From the NCBI GenBank assembly GCA_003252515.1, contig QKDR01000029.1, positions 1 through 60,491 of the forward strand: a stretch of 60,491 nt of DNA, written 5' to 3'. A program made the position numbers and the translations under genes. The notes under the pieces are model-generated. The model saw only the letters and a list, made by a program, of their open reading frames with translations, was not told where the DNA came from and made no database searches. Position 1 is the first letter of the stretch, and each line of letters begins with the position of its first letter. Below are positions 1 through 9,369 of this stretch, one piece after another. This DNA is from Candidatus Delongbacteria bacterium (GTDB taxonomy: Bacteria; UBA4055).

Positions 1-1668
1 GATCACATCTGTAACTGTCGTCTTTATACTTGAAGATCTGAGATCTTTGATCAAAGAATAAAATTCTTTCTGCCATCCGTTCTGAACCACCTGCCCGCCC
101 ATCCAAGTGGGAGCTATCACGTTCTTATAGAAAGTAGTGTCGGGAATGCTCTTTCTGAATTTCTGCCTGCCTTCATATAAAATATCTACAACCGTTTTTA
201 AAGCGGAACTGTCAGGTATCTCGCAGAGCTCTTTGTCGTCCCAGTTTCTTATGATCTCAGTAAGTATTCTGTATTTGTCCTGCCTGATCTTTCCTGATTC
301 GGAGTCAATTCTCTTATAAACCTTCAGGAACTCATCAGTATTTCCTCCCAGAATATCGCACTTGTCAAGGTATTCTTTTTCCTGTGAATAGAATTTTTCG
401 TTATCGCTAAAACCCATACTTTTCAAATAATACGAAGCGAATTCTGAAGTTCTTTTATAATTATTCAGCCTGTCCTTTCGTTTAAGCGCGGCTTTGTCCT
501 TCATCAGATCGAATTTGCCTTCGAAATATTTTTTTTCTGTTTTTCCTTCCGGTTTTTCAGCAGATGCGATCTGGAACCTGAAATTCAGATCAAGATCCTT
601 AATTTCCGTTGTTTTACCAAGTTCGATCCTGATATTCTTTTCTCCTTCTACCGTATCGAACATGGAGTAACCGAATCCGGCATCTTTTTTATAAGCCGTT
701 ATAAATACGGATCCTTTTCCCATAGGTATTATGACCTGACCTGATTTATCCGATTTGAGTTCCATCATGGGAAATATTCCGCCCCATGAGACTGCATAAA
801 GAACAACTGTAGCTCCGTCTACAGGCATTGAAGAGCTGTCGTCTATACTTATGATACACCTGTCCCAGCTCTTCGTATAATATTTTATCGAGCTCATCCT
901 TGTTGAGTTACCGGTTTTTTCGATCACATCGTCACCGTCATAATATCCGAAGGCCATTGAAGTAATTATTGAAGCACGCTCGGTAGTTTTAGTGAACCAC
1001 GTGCTGTTCAGGCGGTCGGCAGGCTCTCCAAGATATTTCCAGCCTTCAGGTGTCCACACTTCGATCCATGCATGATTTGAGTCCGTAAAATTCCATAAAG
1101 GTGTTCCTGCGGATCTTACAGGTATGCCTACGCTTCTTGCCGCGGCCATATAAATGATCATCATTTCCTCGCATCTTCCGTAACCGCGTTTTATCGTGGT
1201 GAGCGGCGCCTGGTCTTTCCCGTGAGTAGGTTTATACGTCATCTGTTCTTCAGCCCACAGATTCACAAGAATGGCAGCTTCCTCAATATCTTCTACATCT
1301 TTCACTAAAGGCGATATCTCATTATAAAATCTTTCCCGCCAGTCCTCGAACGGTTCCTGGGTTATCCTGAACGGCAGAACGAAATGCCTGAATATTTCAT
1401 CATCATATAAACCGGCATACTTGAATTCTTTTGTTTTTACTGCAAGATCAACGTTCTTTTTAATCTGGTCCGAAGTAATGACTGCAAGATCGTTAGGAGA
1501 AGAATAGTCCAGAATGAATTTAATATAATCAGATGTATCCGCTGAATTATACAATTCTGTAAGACTTTTTGCATTCTTCCCTGAATATTTCTTTATCCTG
1601 TCACCAGTCTGATCACAGTACAGAAACGATACTGCAGCCAGTATTATTATAATGTATTTATTCTTCAT
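1..1668 (-). CDS. transglutaminase-like domain protein, probable lipoprotein (partial; C-terminus runs off the window)
   Basis: Absent from the ORF track because it is open at the window edge. My reverse-strand translation from ATG 1668..1666 stays open for 556 codons down to base 1. The N-terminus MKNKYIIIILAAVSFLYCDQ looks like a signal peptide/lipobox. The core GYGRCEEMMIIYMAAARSVGIPVR...NHAWIEVW matches the transglutaminase Cys/His core. Confidence 0.8.
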   Translation of the reverse strand, partial: MKNKYIIIILAAVSFLYCDQTGDRIKKYSGKNAKSLTELYNSADTSDYIKFILDYSSPNDLAVITSDQIKKNVDLAVKTKEFKYAGLYDDEIFRHFVLPFRITQEPFEDWRERFYNEISPLVKDVEDIEEAAILVNLWAEEQMTYKPTHGKDQAPLTTIKRGYGRCEEMMIIYMAAARSVGIPVRSAGTPLWNFTDSNHAWIEVWTPEGWKYLGEPADRLNSTWFTKTTERASIITSMAFGYYDGDDVIEKTGNSTRMSSIKYYTKSWDRCIISIDDSSSMPVDGATVVLYAVSWGGIFPMMELKSDKSGQVIIPMGKGSVFITAYKKDAGFGYSMFDTVEGEKNIRIELGKTTEIKDLDLNFRFQIASAEKPEGKTEKKYFEGKFDLMKDKAALKRKDRLNNYKRTSEFASYYLKSMGFSDNEKFYSQEKEYLDKCDILGGNTDEFLKVYKRIDSESGKIRQDKYRILTEIIRNWDDKELCEIPDSSALKTVVDILYEGRQKFRKSIPDTTFYKNVIAPTWMGGQVVQNGWQKEFYSLIKDLRSSSIKTTVTDVI

Positions 1669-1724
1669 GATCTCACCTTATATATTAATGATTAATTTTA
1701 TAAAATTTTATTGCATTAAGCAAA

Positions 1725-1757
1725 TAAAAAAGAGCCGCGAATTGCGGCTCTTTTTTA
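1725..1757 (-). terminator. rho-independent terminator after cargo paralog A
   Basis: AGAGCCGC-gaatt-GCGGCTCT hairpin (1731..1751) flanked by an A-run and a T-run. On the minus strand the stem is followed by a U-run. Confidence 0.75.
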
Positions 1758-1773
1758 AATATTAAGGCTCATA

Positions 1774-3960
1774 TTATTTTGTCAGTACCATCTTTTTGGT
1801 TTCTGCTCTTCCGTTCACGTCAAGTTTATAGAAATAAACCCCGGAATTAAGTGCCGTAGCATCGAAGTTCACGTTATGAACACCTTTAGTCATTTTTTCA
1901 TTCTTCAGATTTGAAACAAGCTCCCCTTTAGTATTATATACCGTGAGTTTAACATTAGAGTCGTTCTGAAGAGCGAATTTTATCTCTGTTGAAGGGTTGA
2001 ACGGGTTGGGATAGTTCTGATAAAGAGTAAAGTCCTTTACAAGGCTCACCTCTTCTGCTTCTATACCTACATAGTTCAAAGTACCAGTCACTTTCCAAGC
2101 TTTCAGATACTGGTAGTAGCAGGAGAAATCGTCATCTTCAGCAACTGAAAGGTTATTCGGGTCGTATACCTGATGAGCACCGTAGAATGTCAGATTACCC
2201 CCTTCAACGATACCGTGATTGGCAACAGCCCATCCCTGTTCGTGAAGAGATCCTGTCTTGGAAACGTTCGTTCCGTAATATACGCTTGTATAAATGCTGT
2301 CGCCGTCAACCACGTCCCAGAGAATATCAGTTACGGAGTTGTGCTCCCACGAATTACCGCCGTCGCAGGATACGTTTACATAGATATCATCGTAGAAATA
2401 AGCTGAACCTGAAAGTTCTCCGAACGGACTCAGTACGGCTCTGCTTGTCGGTTTATCCAGCCACGATGAGAAAAGCACTTCGTATCCGTTCTCGGTTCCC
2501 GCGTAACCGATGCTTAAGTTGTTGCTGTTGTAATATTTGTATTCGAACTGGTCTTCGTCGCCAATCAAATATTCGTACAGGTCTACCCAAGATGCTACCC
2601 TGTTGGCTTTCTCCCATGTTACGCCTGTATCAGTAATATGACCTCTGATGTGATAAGTACCGCCTCTCAGCCCGTTGTCCGTATAAAGGTAGTAAGAGTC
2701 TGGAGCATCAAGAGTTGCAGGCCATACTTTAATAAGAAGGTGCACGTTGTTGTTCTCAGTTGCAACCGCTGACAGATTCCACTGGATCGAAGGATCGTCC
2801 ATGGTTACCACTTCAAGAGTATCCCATATCGTTTGCCCTTCTCCGTCCGTTCCGATCGAATCTCTGTCTATTACAGTCTCGCCGTACCAGTCGAAAATAT
2901 CCTTGCCTTCTAGCTGAAAAAATTTCCCGTCGATATCGTGTATCCAGTTCGGAGCCCAGTCGCCTGATCCGTCGTCACCACCCCAGTTCGTAGTGTACAT
3001 ATAAGATATCTTACCGTTCTGAAGAGTTTCTTCTCCAAGACTGTTCTGAGCGTAGTCGTCAACGTCATTTATATTTGCTACTATGATTCCGTATCCTGTT
3101 CCGTTGCCGTAAATATCTTTACAGTATGCTACGTATGCATCACCTATAGAAGTTACTCCGTTCGCATCATCAGTAGCGTCAAATCTGAGATCGTTAAAAT
3201 CCGTCCATGCCCAGCTGTTTTCATCATTCGGAGTCATTGACCTTCCTACTACTACGTCAAGAACAGCATCCTCAAGATTTGATAGTGTCTCGTTCCATGT
3301 CTGGGTCCAGTAATAGTAACCTGTAGCCGGATCATAAACGACGTCGCTGTTGCCTGTCCAGGCCGCAGGAACTACCGCTCCGCCTTCCGTTGCCTCAACT
3401 CTCTTGGGAGCCGACCAGAAAGAAATGTCCCATCCGAAAGTTGCGTCCGCTACCGTGAACATAGGCTGTGATACTTCACCTTCAGTTGTAAGATCATAAT
3501 CGTTGAAAGTACCGAAGAAATATCCGTTAATGAATTCACCGGCGTATGGATATCTTCCTCCGGGGGTTGTTCCTCCTCCCGCACCCTGATATGATGACGA
3601 AGAGTAAATTGTCTGAGCGTATCCGGAGAATGAAGTATCCCACGCTCCGATCATTCCGCCTATGGTTCCCGACCCGTAAGTCACATTAAGCTGTCTGTAG
3701 ATGGAACCTACCATAGGACCTGTAACAGGATCCATATTCGTCTGGATCTTCCTTGTAGTGTTGAGGATCCATCCGTAACCATTCATACTCTGATCGAAAG
3801 TAGGACCCTGAACCGCCGTGTACGGTGTTTTCTGGTTTGAAGTCACATTGTCATTGACATTCTCTTTCGCGATCTTGTCTCTTTTCGCATTTGCAAGACC
3901 TGCGGAGAGCGCCGCTGTCATCAGCACTGCCAGAGAAACCGTCATGATCTTTTTTAACAT
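1774..3960 (-). CDS. secreted protein with T9SS C-terminal sorting domain (tandem paralog A), one Asp-box-like motif
   Basis: The ORF is 1774..4005. I prefer the start at 3960 (MLKKIMTVSLAVLMTAALSAGLANA signal peptide, AGGAG RBS upstream). The C-terminus FTLYQNYPNPFNPSTEIKFAL...GVYFYKL...KKMVLTK is typical of Por_Secre_tail. SCDGGNSW resembles an Asp-box. Confidence 0.8.
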   Translation of the reverse strand: MLKKIMTVSLAVLMTAALSAGLANAKRDKIAKENVNDNVTSNQKTPYTAVQGPTFDQSMNGYGWILNTTRKIQTNMDPVTGPMVGSIYRQLNVTYGSGTIGGMIGAWDTSFSGYAQTIYSSSSYQGAGGGTTPGGRYPYAGEFINGYFFGTFNDYDLTTEGEVSQPMFTVADATFGWDISFWSAPKRVEATEGGAVVPAAWTGNSDVVYDPATGYYYWTQTWNETLSNLEDAVLDVVVGRSMTPNDENSWAWTDFNDLRFDATDDANGVTSIGDAYVAYCKDIYGNGTGYGIIVANINDVDDYAQNSLGEETLQNGKISYMYTTNWGGDDGSGDWAPNWIHDIDGKFFQLEGKDIFDWYGETVIDRDSIGTDGEGQTIWDTLEVVTMDDPSIQWNLSAVATENNNVHLLIKVWPATLDAPDSYYLYTDNGLRGGTYHIRGHITDTGVTWEKANRVASWVDLYEYLIGDEDQFEYKYYNSNNLSIGYAGTENGYEVLFSSWLDKPTSRAVLSPFGELSGSAYFYDDIYVNVSCDGGNSWEHNSVTDILWDVVDGDSIYTSVYYGTNVSKTGSLHEQGWAVANHGIVEGGNLTFYGAHQVYDPNNLSVAEDDDFSCYYQYLKAWKVTGTLNYVGIEAEEVSLVKDFTLYQNYPNPFNPSTEIKFALQNDSNVKLTVYNTKGELVSNLKNEKMTKGVHNVNFDATALNSGVYFYKLDVNGRAETKKMVLTK

Positions 3961-4044
3961 ACTCACTCCTTCTATTTTTAAAAGTTTACAAAAACTCTCG
4001 TCCAAAAATAACTATAAAAATCGTATATCGCAATTTTTTTTTAT

Positions 4045-4073
4045 AAAAAAGAGCCGCTCAAGCGGCTCTTTTT
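4045..4073 (-). terminator. rho-independent terminator after cargo paralog B
   Basis: GAGCCGC-tcaa-GCGGCTC hairpin (4051..4068) with flanking A/T runs. It uses the same stem sequence as the terminator at 1731..1751. Confidence 0.75.
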
Positions 4074-4092
4074 CAATCATCTGATGTTTTTT

Positions 4093-6180
4093 TTACTTGG
4101 TAAGAACCATCTTTTTGACTTCCGATCTTGCCCCGACGCTTAGTTTATAGAAATAAACTCCGGAGTTGAGAGCCGAAGCGTCAAAACTTACGCTGTGGTT
4201 CCCTTTAACCATTTTTTCGCTTTTCAGATTCGATACGAGTTCGCCTTTAGTATTGTAAACTGCAAGTTTTACATCGGAATCGTTCTCAAGGGCGAATCTT
4301 ATCTCCGTTACAGGGTTGAAAGGATTCGGGTAGTTCTGGAAAAGAGTGAAATCTTTAACCATGCTTACTTCTTCGGTCTCAATTCCTGTAGGAGTTCCGG
4401 TAACCTGCCATACTTTCAGGAACTGCTGATAGTCGTAATAGTCGTTATTCGGCGGTTCAAGCGGGTTAGTAGGATCATAATACTGGCATACCGCATATAC
4501 TTTCATGTTCGGAGCTTCATTCCATCCGTGAGATGAAATGATCCATCCCTCATCCTGAAGAGTACTGGTCTTTGTAACGTTAGCAGCATACTGAAGAGGA
4601 ATACCGTCGAAATCTACAGTTTTATTGATGTCCCAGGTTTTTCCGTAATCAGGTGAATAAGTAAAGAAATAATCATCTATATACAGCTTCTCGGGAGCTG
4701 TGTTCGGGTTGACGGTCCATCTGGTCTCGGGCCTGTCTCCCCATGAAGCATAAACAACTCCGTTGCCTGCATAACCGATAGCTAGATCGTGGTTATTTGA
4801 ATACTGCCACTCCATTTCATCATCATCAATACCCATGAAATTCGCTATAAAATCCACAGAAACCCAGTTCACACCACTCTCTGTAATGTGACCAAGAATA
4901 TGATAATAACCAGCTATAGCACTTCCGTTATGAGTGAACCACCAGTAGGCGTCGCCTTCATCAGTTGAAGCTCCGACAGCTTTTACGATAACATGTACAT
5001 AATTCTCTTCAGTGGCAACTGAAGATATATTCCACGTAAGATAAGGCCAGTTAAGTGTGGCAGTTGTAACAGAGTCAACTTCAGCTTCTTCACCGTAGAA
5101 GGGGAAAAGCTTGTAGATGTCTGCTCCGAAGAAATTATTTCCTTCTCCGTTAGGCGTGATCCAGTTCGGTTTGAAATCACCTGTACCAGAATCAGCACCC
5201 CAGTTCGTCGTATAGATATAACCAAGTCTCGGGTGATCCGTCACGTCAAGAGAATTACCGTCGCCATCCTGCATTTCGTATGTCACGTCGTTGAACATAG
5301 TTAAAGCGATTCCGTATCCTGTTCCGTTGCCGTATATGTCTTTACAGTAAGCAACATCTATATTTCCGAGCTGACGGATAGTGTTAGCGTCGTCAGTTGC
5401 GTCGAAATACAGTTCAGAATAGTCAGTCCATTCCCAGCTGTCGGGATCGTTCGGTGTCATTGTTCTTCCTACTACCATTCCCGCTTCAGAATCGTCGATA
5501 AGAGCAAGATCGTAATTCCAGTTGCTTGTCCAGTAATAATATCCTGTAGCCGGATCGTAAGTCACGTCGCCGATACCTGTCCATGCTCCGGGCATTGTAG
5601 CTCCGCCTTCGGTAGCTTCAATCCTTTTCGGGGCCGACCAGAAAGAAATATCCCATCCGAAAGTAGCGTCAGCAACCGTGAACATTGCCTGAGAATCTGT
5701 CGATCCTACCGGAAGGTTGTAATCGTTGAACAGACCGAAGAAATATCCGTTAATGAATTCGCTGGAATACGGATATCTTCCGCCCGGATTCCCTGATCCG
5801 TAAGGGCTTCCCTGATAATTCGAAACGCTGTAGACAGTCTGCGCGAATCCTGAAAAAGCAGTATCCCACGCACCACACATTCCGCCGATGGTTCCCGAGC
5901 CGGCAGTAGCATGCAGTTGTCTGTAGATTGATCCGACCATAGGTCCTGTAACCGGGTCCATGTTCGTCTGGATCTTTCTGTTGTATCCCTGATACCATCC
6001 GTATCCGTTGGCACTCTTGTCAAAAGTAGTACCCATTGTTCCTGTAAAAGTAACTGCCTTTACATCTTTAGGCGCATCATTCTTCTTTGCGACTTTTTTT
6101 GTATTGACCGGTCCTGTCACTCCGGCAGAGAGAGCGAACAACGATACCAGTACCGCTACGGCCATTATTTTCTTAATCAT
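4093..6180 (-). CDS. secreted protein with T9SS C-terminal sorting domain (tandem paralog B), Asp-box SPDYGKTW
   Basis: Signal peptide MIKKIMAVAVLVSLFALSAG with a GAGGAG RBS. Long collinear similarity to 1774..3960 (for example NMDPVTGPMVGSIYRQL, FTVADATFGWDISFWSAPKR). The C-terminal domain is FTLFQNYPNPFNPVTEIRFAL...GVYFYKL. Confidence 0.8.
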   Translation of the reverse strand: MIKKIMAVAVLVSLFALSAGVTGPVNTKKVAKKNDAPKDVKAVTFTGTMGTTFDKSANGYGWYQGYNRKIQTNMDPVTGPMVGSIYRQLHATAGSGTIGGMCGAWDTAFSGFAQTVYSVSNYQGSPYGSGNPGGRYPYSSEFINGYFFGLFNDYNLPVGSTDSQAMFTVADATFGWDISFWSAPKRIEATEGGATMPGAWTGIGDVTYDPATGYYYWTSNWNYDLALIDDSEAGMVVGRTMTPNDPDSWEWTDYSELYFDATDDANTIRQLGNIDVAYCKDIYGNGTGYGIALTMFNDVTYEMQDGDGNSLDVTDHPRLGYIYTTNWGADSGTGDFKPNWITPNGEGNNFFGADIYKLFPFYGEEAEVDSVTTATLNWPYLTWNISSVATEENYVHVIVKAVGASTDEGDAYWWFTHNGSAIAGYYHILGHITESGVNWVSVDFIANFMGIDDDEMEWQYSNNHDLAIGYAGNGVVYASWGDRPETRWTVNPNTAPEKLYIDDYFFTYSPDYGKTWDINKTVDFDGIPLQYAANVTKTSTLQDEGWIISSHGWNEAPNMKVYAVCQYYDPTNPLEPPNNDYYDYQQFLKVWQVTGTPTGIETEEVSMVKDFTLFQNYPNPFNPVTEIRFALENDSDVKLAVYNTKGELVSNLKSEKMVKGNHSVSFDASALNSGVYFYKLSVGARSEVKKMVLTK

Positions 6181-6197
6181 AACCCTTTACTCCTCAT

Positions 6198-7211
6198 TTA
6201 TTTAATTTCGTAACCGAGTGTTATCATATGGGTCATCCCGAGATATCCCATATGCTTCCATGCATAGTCTACTTTCAGACCGGCCGAATTCATTTTGAAA
6301 CCGAGACCGAGACTAGTACCCATCCAGTTGATACCGCTGTCGGAATAGTTCAGTTCCTCATCATCAGGATCCGCATTATCCGGAAAATCCACGGAATCAT
6401 CTTTCATGAACCAGTATTCGTCATTGTCGATCTTTCTTCCTACTCTGGCGAAGAACATGTCGTTGTAGGAATATTCGCATCCGATGGTAATGTACTCGGC
6501 ATTGTCTGAAGGATGAGCTGCCTCGCACAAAACAACGAGCTTGTTGACCTCGTCGTCCATCGCCGTATAGCTTGCACCGAAAACGAAAAGCATCGGAAGC
6601 GGAGTGTCTTCGTCAATATAAGTGAAGTTAGATCCGAAATGTCTGATCGACATACCGAATACAAGCGATTTCCATCCGGTGTTATAATAAGTACCCACAT
6701 CGCCGGCTGCTACGAAGACACTTTCGCCTGCAAGGCTCTCGGTTATGAACTTCAAAGTACCGCCGACAAAAAATTTCGGGGTAAGCATCTGTGCGTAAGT
6801 AAGACCCAGCATCATATCGCTTGCGCCGAAAGTTCTTCCTGTCCCGTCTGGATAAAGAGGAGTTGTCTCGTCCATTTCTCCGGTGGACAGATAAGCTACC
6901 TGAACCCCGGCTGCAGCGTTGAGCATAGGAATAGGATATGTTCCTCCTGCGAACGAATACTGTATGTCTGCCGCGTACATATTGTAAGATGCGACGAACT
7001 CCATGTTCTTCAGGTTCATCAGACCAGAAGGGTTATAGTACAGGCATGAAGCGTCGTCTGAAAGGCCAATGAACGATCCTCCCAGAGCGGTCGCTCTCGC
7101 GGACACGTCCATTTTAAGGAAAGTCATACCCGCGGTACCCGCTTTATCCTGTCCGAATGACACTGAAGTCAATAACATTAAAAATATCGCGAGAATCAGT
7201 TTATTTTTCAT
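6198..7211 (-). CDS. PorV/PorQ-family outer-membrane beta-barrel protein
   Basis: Signal peptide followed by GTAGMTFLKMDVSARATALGGSFIGLSDDASCLYYNPSGL, the N-terminal signature I associate with PorV/PorQ-type barrels. It lies directly upstream of two T9SS cargo genes. Confidence 0.65.
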   Translation of the reverse strand: MKNKLILAIFLMLLTSVSFGQDKAGTAGMTFLKMDVSARATALGGSFIGLSDDASCLYYNPSGLMNLKNMEFVASYNMYAADIQYSFAGGTYPIPMLNAAAGVQVAYLSTGEMDETTPLYPDGTGRTFGASDMMLGLTYAQMLTPKFFVGGTLKFITESLAGESVFVAAGDVGTYYNTGWKSLVFGMSIRHFGSNFTYIDEDTPLPMLFVFGASYTAMDDEVNKLVVLCEAAHPSDNAEYITIGCEYSYNDMFFARVGRKIDNDEYWFMKDDSVDFPDNADPDDEELNYSDSGINWMGTSLGLGFKMNSAGLKVDYAWKHMGYLGMTHMITLGYEIK

Positions 7212-9352
7212 TTTGCACCCCCATCATTGTTGATGTTGAACCATTCTATCATCGCCTTGAACATTTCGCTTACCTGATCATCAGAATTATCCAGGAAATA
7301 TGTCGGGAGGCCGAAGAACGCAGTTCTGAAGTTATCGCCTTCAGCTACGAATCTTGTAGCTACAGAACCAGATCTTCTCAAAATAGGTCCTTTTTCTCCT
7401 GTAACCGCATCTTTCCAGTACAGCCAGTGTGTCATATCGCCGTCAACTACAAGCGAATCGTTGGTGGCGTCCTTAGGAAGATCGTACAGCGACTGATACT
7501 TGTAAACAACTTCTCCCTTATAGGCTTCAAAAGTCGGAACTCCAGTGAATACCGTACCATTGTCTTTCAAAGCCAGCCTGTATAGCATTGTACTTCTGGG
7601 CCTGTCGAACCAAGCGCCATTGACTCTGGCGCTGTCAATCTTGAGAGGCAGAAGTCCTTCTTCAGCGGAAATATGCTCGTAAACTGTCGCACCTACGAAA
7701 TCATAGTTCTCCGAATATTTGTAATCCGTTGGTACAAGCGCCGGGTTCGGTGCGTTCTCTACGTAATATGTTTTCTGCTCGGGGAACGTCATTGAGTAGA
7801 TACCGAAATATTTATTGAAGAAATCTTCGGTACTTGCGCTGACACCCTGTCCTGAAATCGCGTAGGTGTCGAAAACGTATCTGTAAGGCTCTTTGTACTG
7901 GTGTATAGGCAGCTGGTCAGGTGACGCATAGATCTTGCCCATCAGTACAGAGTTGCCGAGGATGAATACGTTGCCTTTTACATCGAGATACTGTGAAAGA
8001 TACTGGTTGTATCCTGTGTAAGGCGGTTCTCCGGCAAAGTCTACGCCTCTGATGTTGCTTCTGTCATCGGAAGCTATCACTACGAGTTTGTATCTGGTCA
8101 AATCTCTGATGCTCGGATCGTAGACGCCTCTGTATACTGCTGTAGAGTCAACTATGACCTCGGGAGTAGCCGGGTTGTCGTCGTCGTCGTCCCATATATA
8201 ATCCCATCCGACAAATTCAGTTCCCTTCTGGAATTTTTTTACTACATAACCCTTGAGTGAATCGGGCGTTCCGGCAACAAGACTGTCCGGTTGATATCCC
8301 GCATACTGAAGAAGTTCTTCGTAGAAAGCGGTTACCAGCGATGCGTCAGGGTTACCCATGATCAGATAGTTGGTAGTAGGCGGCGGATACATTGTCGGGT
8401 CCGTATCGTCTATAAGAAGGATACCCTTATCGAACTGGGGTGCGAACACTTCGAAATTGATCGTAGCGTGATGTTCTGATTCTTCGAATGCGTCGTCACG
8501 CACATAGACCATGAACGCGTATTTTCCCTGCTTGTTATGGTTGTAGATCTTATCGTCAAAAGATACGGACAGGTTGTTGATGCTCCATCCGTTAGAAGAT
8601 GCAACAAGAGTTATGTAATTGTCAACTCCAGAAAGCCTCTGTCTCTCCCAGAGCTCCCATCTGAATTCAAGGTCAACGTCGGCTCCGTCAGGGTCTTCAC
8701 CCATCCATTTGAAGTCGAAGTTCTTCCAGAAAGTCGTGGGTTCTTCAAGAACCATCTGAGCGGAATCTGAACCGACTGTCATCCAGTATTTGTCGAAACC
8801 GTTAAGACCCAGCTTCTGAGAATATACCATTGGATATTTCGGGATTTTATTTGTTCTTTTGAAAATTTTTGACTGCATAAGCGTATTGTCTTCGTTCTCG
8901 TCAACTCCGAAAACGAAGAATTTCGAATATACAGCTTTGAAAGTAATCGTATCCGTAATAGCCGGATCCGTATAAGTCGCGGTATCCAAGAACACTACTT
9001 CGCTGTGATAAGGTCCGAAAGGCATTGATATATAAGCGTAAGTGTTCTCTGTTTCCGACCAGTAGGGATTGCCGTCTAGGTCAGTTCCGTCCAGAGGAAG
9101 TGAGGTCTTGACGTTGTCAACGGTCAGAGTTGTGTCAGTAGTGACAGTGTAATAATACTTGATCTTCATTCCGTCCGAATCGTTACCGTACCACTGGATC
9201 TTAGTTTTTTTACTGCTCGTAATATCACTTGTGTCGTAGATGTTGATCACCGGCACCTGATTGGCAGGTTTAGCTCCGTCGTAATCGGTAGAGCAGGAAA
9301 AAAACTGCAAAGACAGGGCGAGGATCGGTAACATCATTAATATCTTTTTCAT
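7208..9352 (-). CDS. hypothetical lipoprotein (714 aa)
   Basis: Long ORF with signal peptide plus Cys (LSLQFFSCSTDY). ATGA start/stop overlap with the PorV-like gene. No motif that I recognise. Confidence 0.6.
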   Translation of the reverse strand: MKKILMMLPILALSLQFFSCSTDYDGAKPANQVPVINIYDTSDITSSKKTKIQWYGNDSDGMKIKYYYTVTTDTTLTVDNVKTSLPLDGTDLDGNPYWSETENTYAYISMPFGPYHSEVVFLDTATYTDPAITDTITFKAVYSKFFVFGVDENEDNTLMQSKIFKRTNKIPKYPMVYSQKLGLNGFDKYWMTVGSDSAQMVLEEPTTFWKNFDFKWMGEDPDGADVDLEFRWELWERQRLSGVDNYITLVASSNGWSINNLSVSFDDKIYNHNKQGKYAFMVYVRDDAFEESEHHATINFEVFAPQFDKGILLIDDTDPTMYPPPTTNYLIMGNPDASLVTAFYEELLQYAGYQPDSLVAGTPDSLKGYVVKKFQKGTEFVGWDYIWDDDDDNPATPEVIVDSTAVYRGVYDPSIRDLTRYKLVVIASDDRSNIRGVDFAGEPPYTGYNQYLSQYLDVKGNVFILGNSVLMGKIYASPDQLPIHQYKEPYRYVFDTYAISGQGVSASTEDFFNKYFGIYSMTFPEQKTYYVENAPNPALVPTDYKYSENYDFVGATVYEHISAEEGLLPLKIDSARVNGAWFDRPRSTMLYRLALKDNGTVFTGVPTFEAYKGEVVYKYQSLYDLPKDATNDSLVVDGDMTHWLYWKDAVTGEKGPILRRSGSVATRFVAEGDNFRTAFFGLPTYFLDNSDDQVSEMFKAMIEWFNINNDGGAK

Positions 9353-9369
9353 CTTCCTAACTCCGTAAT

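Noticed and set aside
137-319. 60-aa plus-strand ORF, the only ORF listed in the first 1.7 kb
   Set aside because: It lies antisense inside the open 556-codon transglutaminase-like frame. It has no RBS and a low-complexity product, so it is a shadow ORF.
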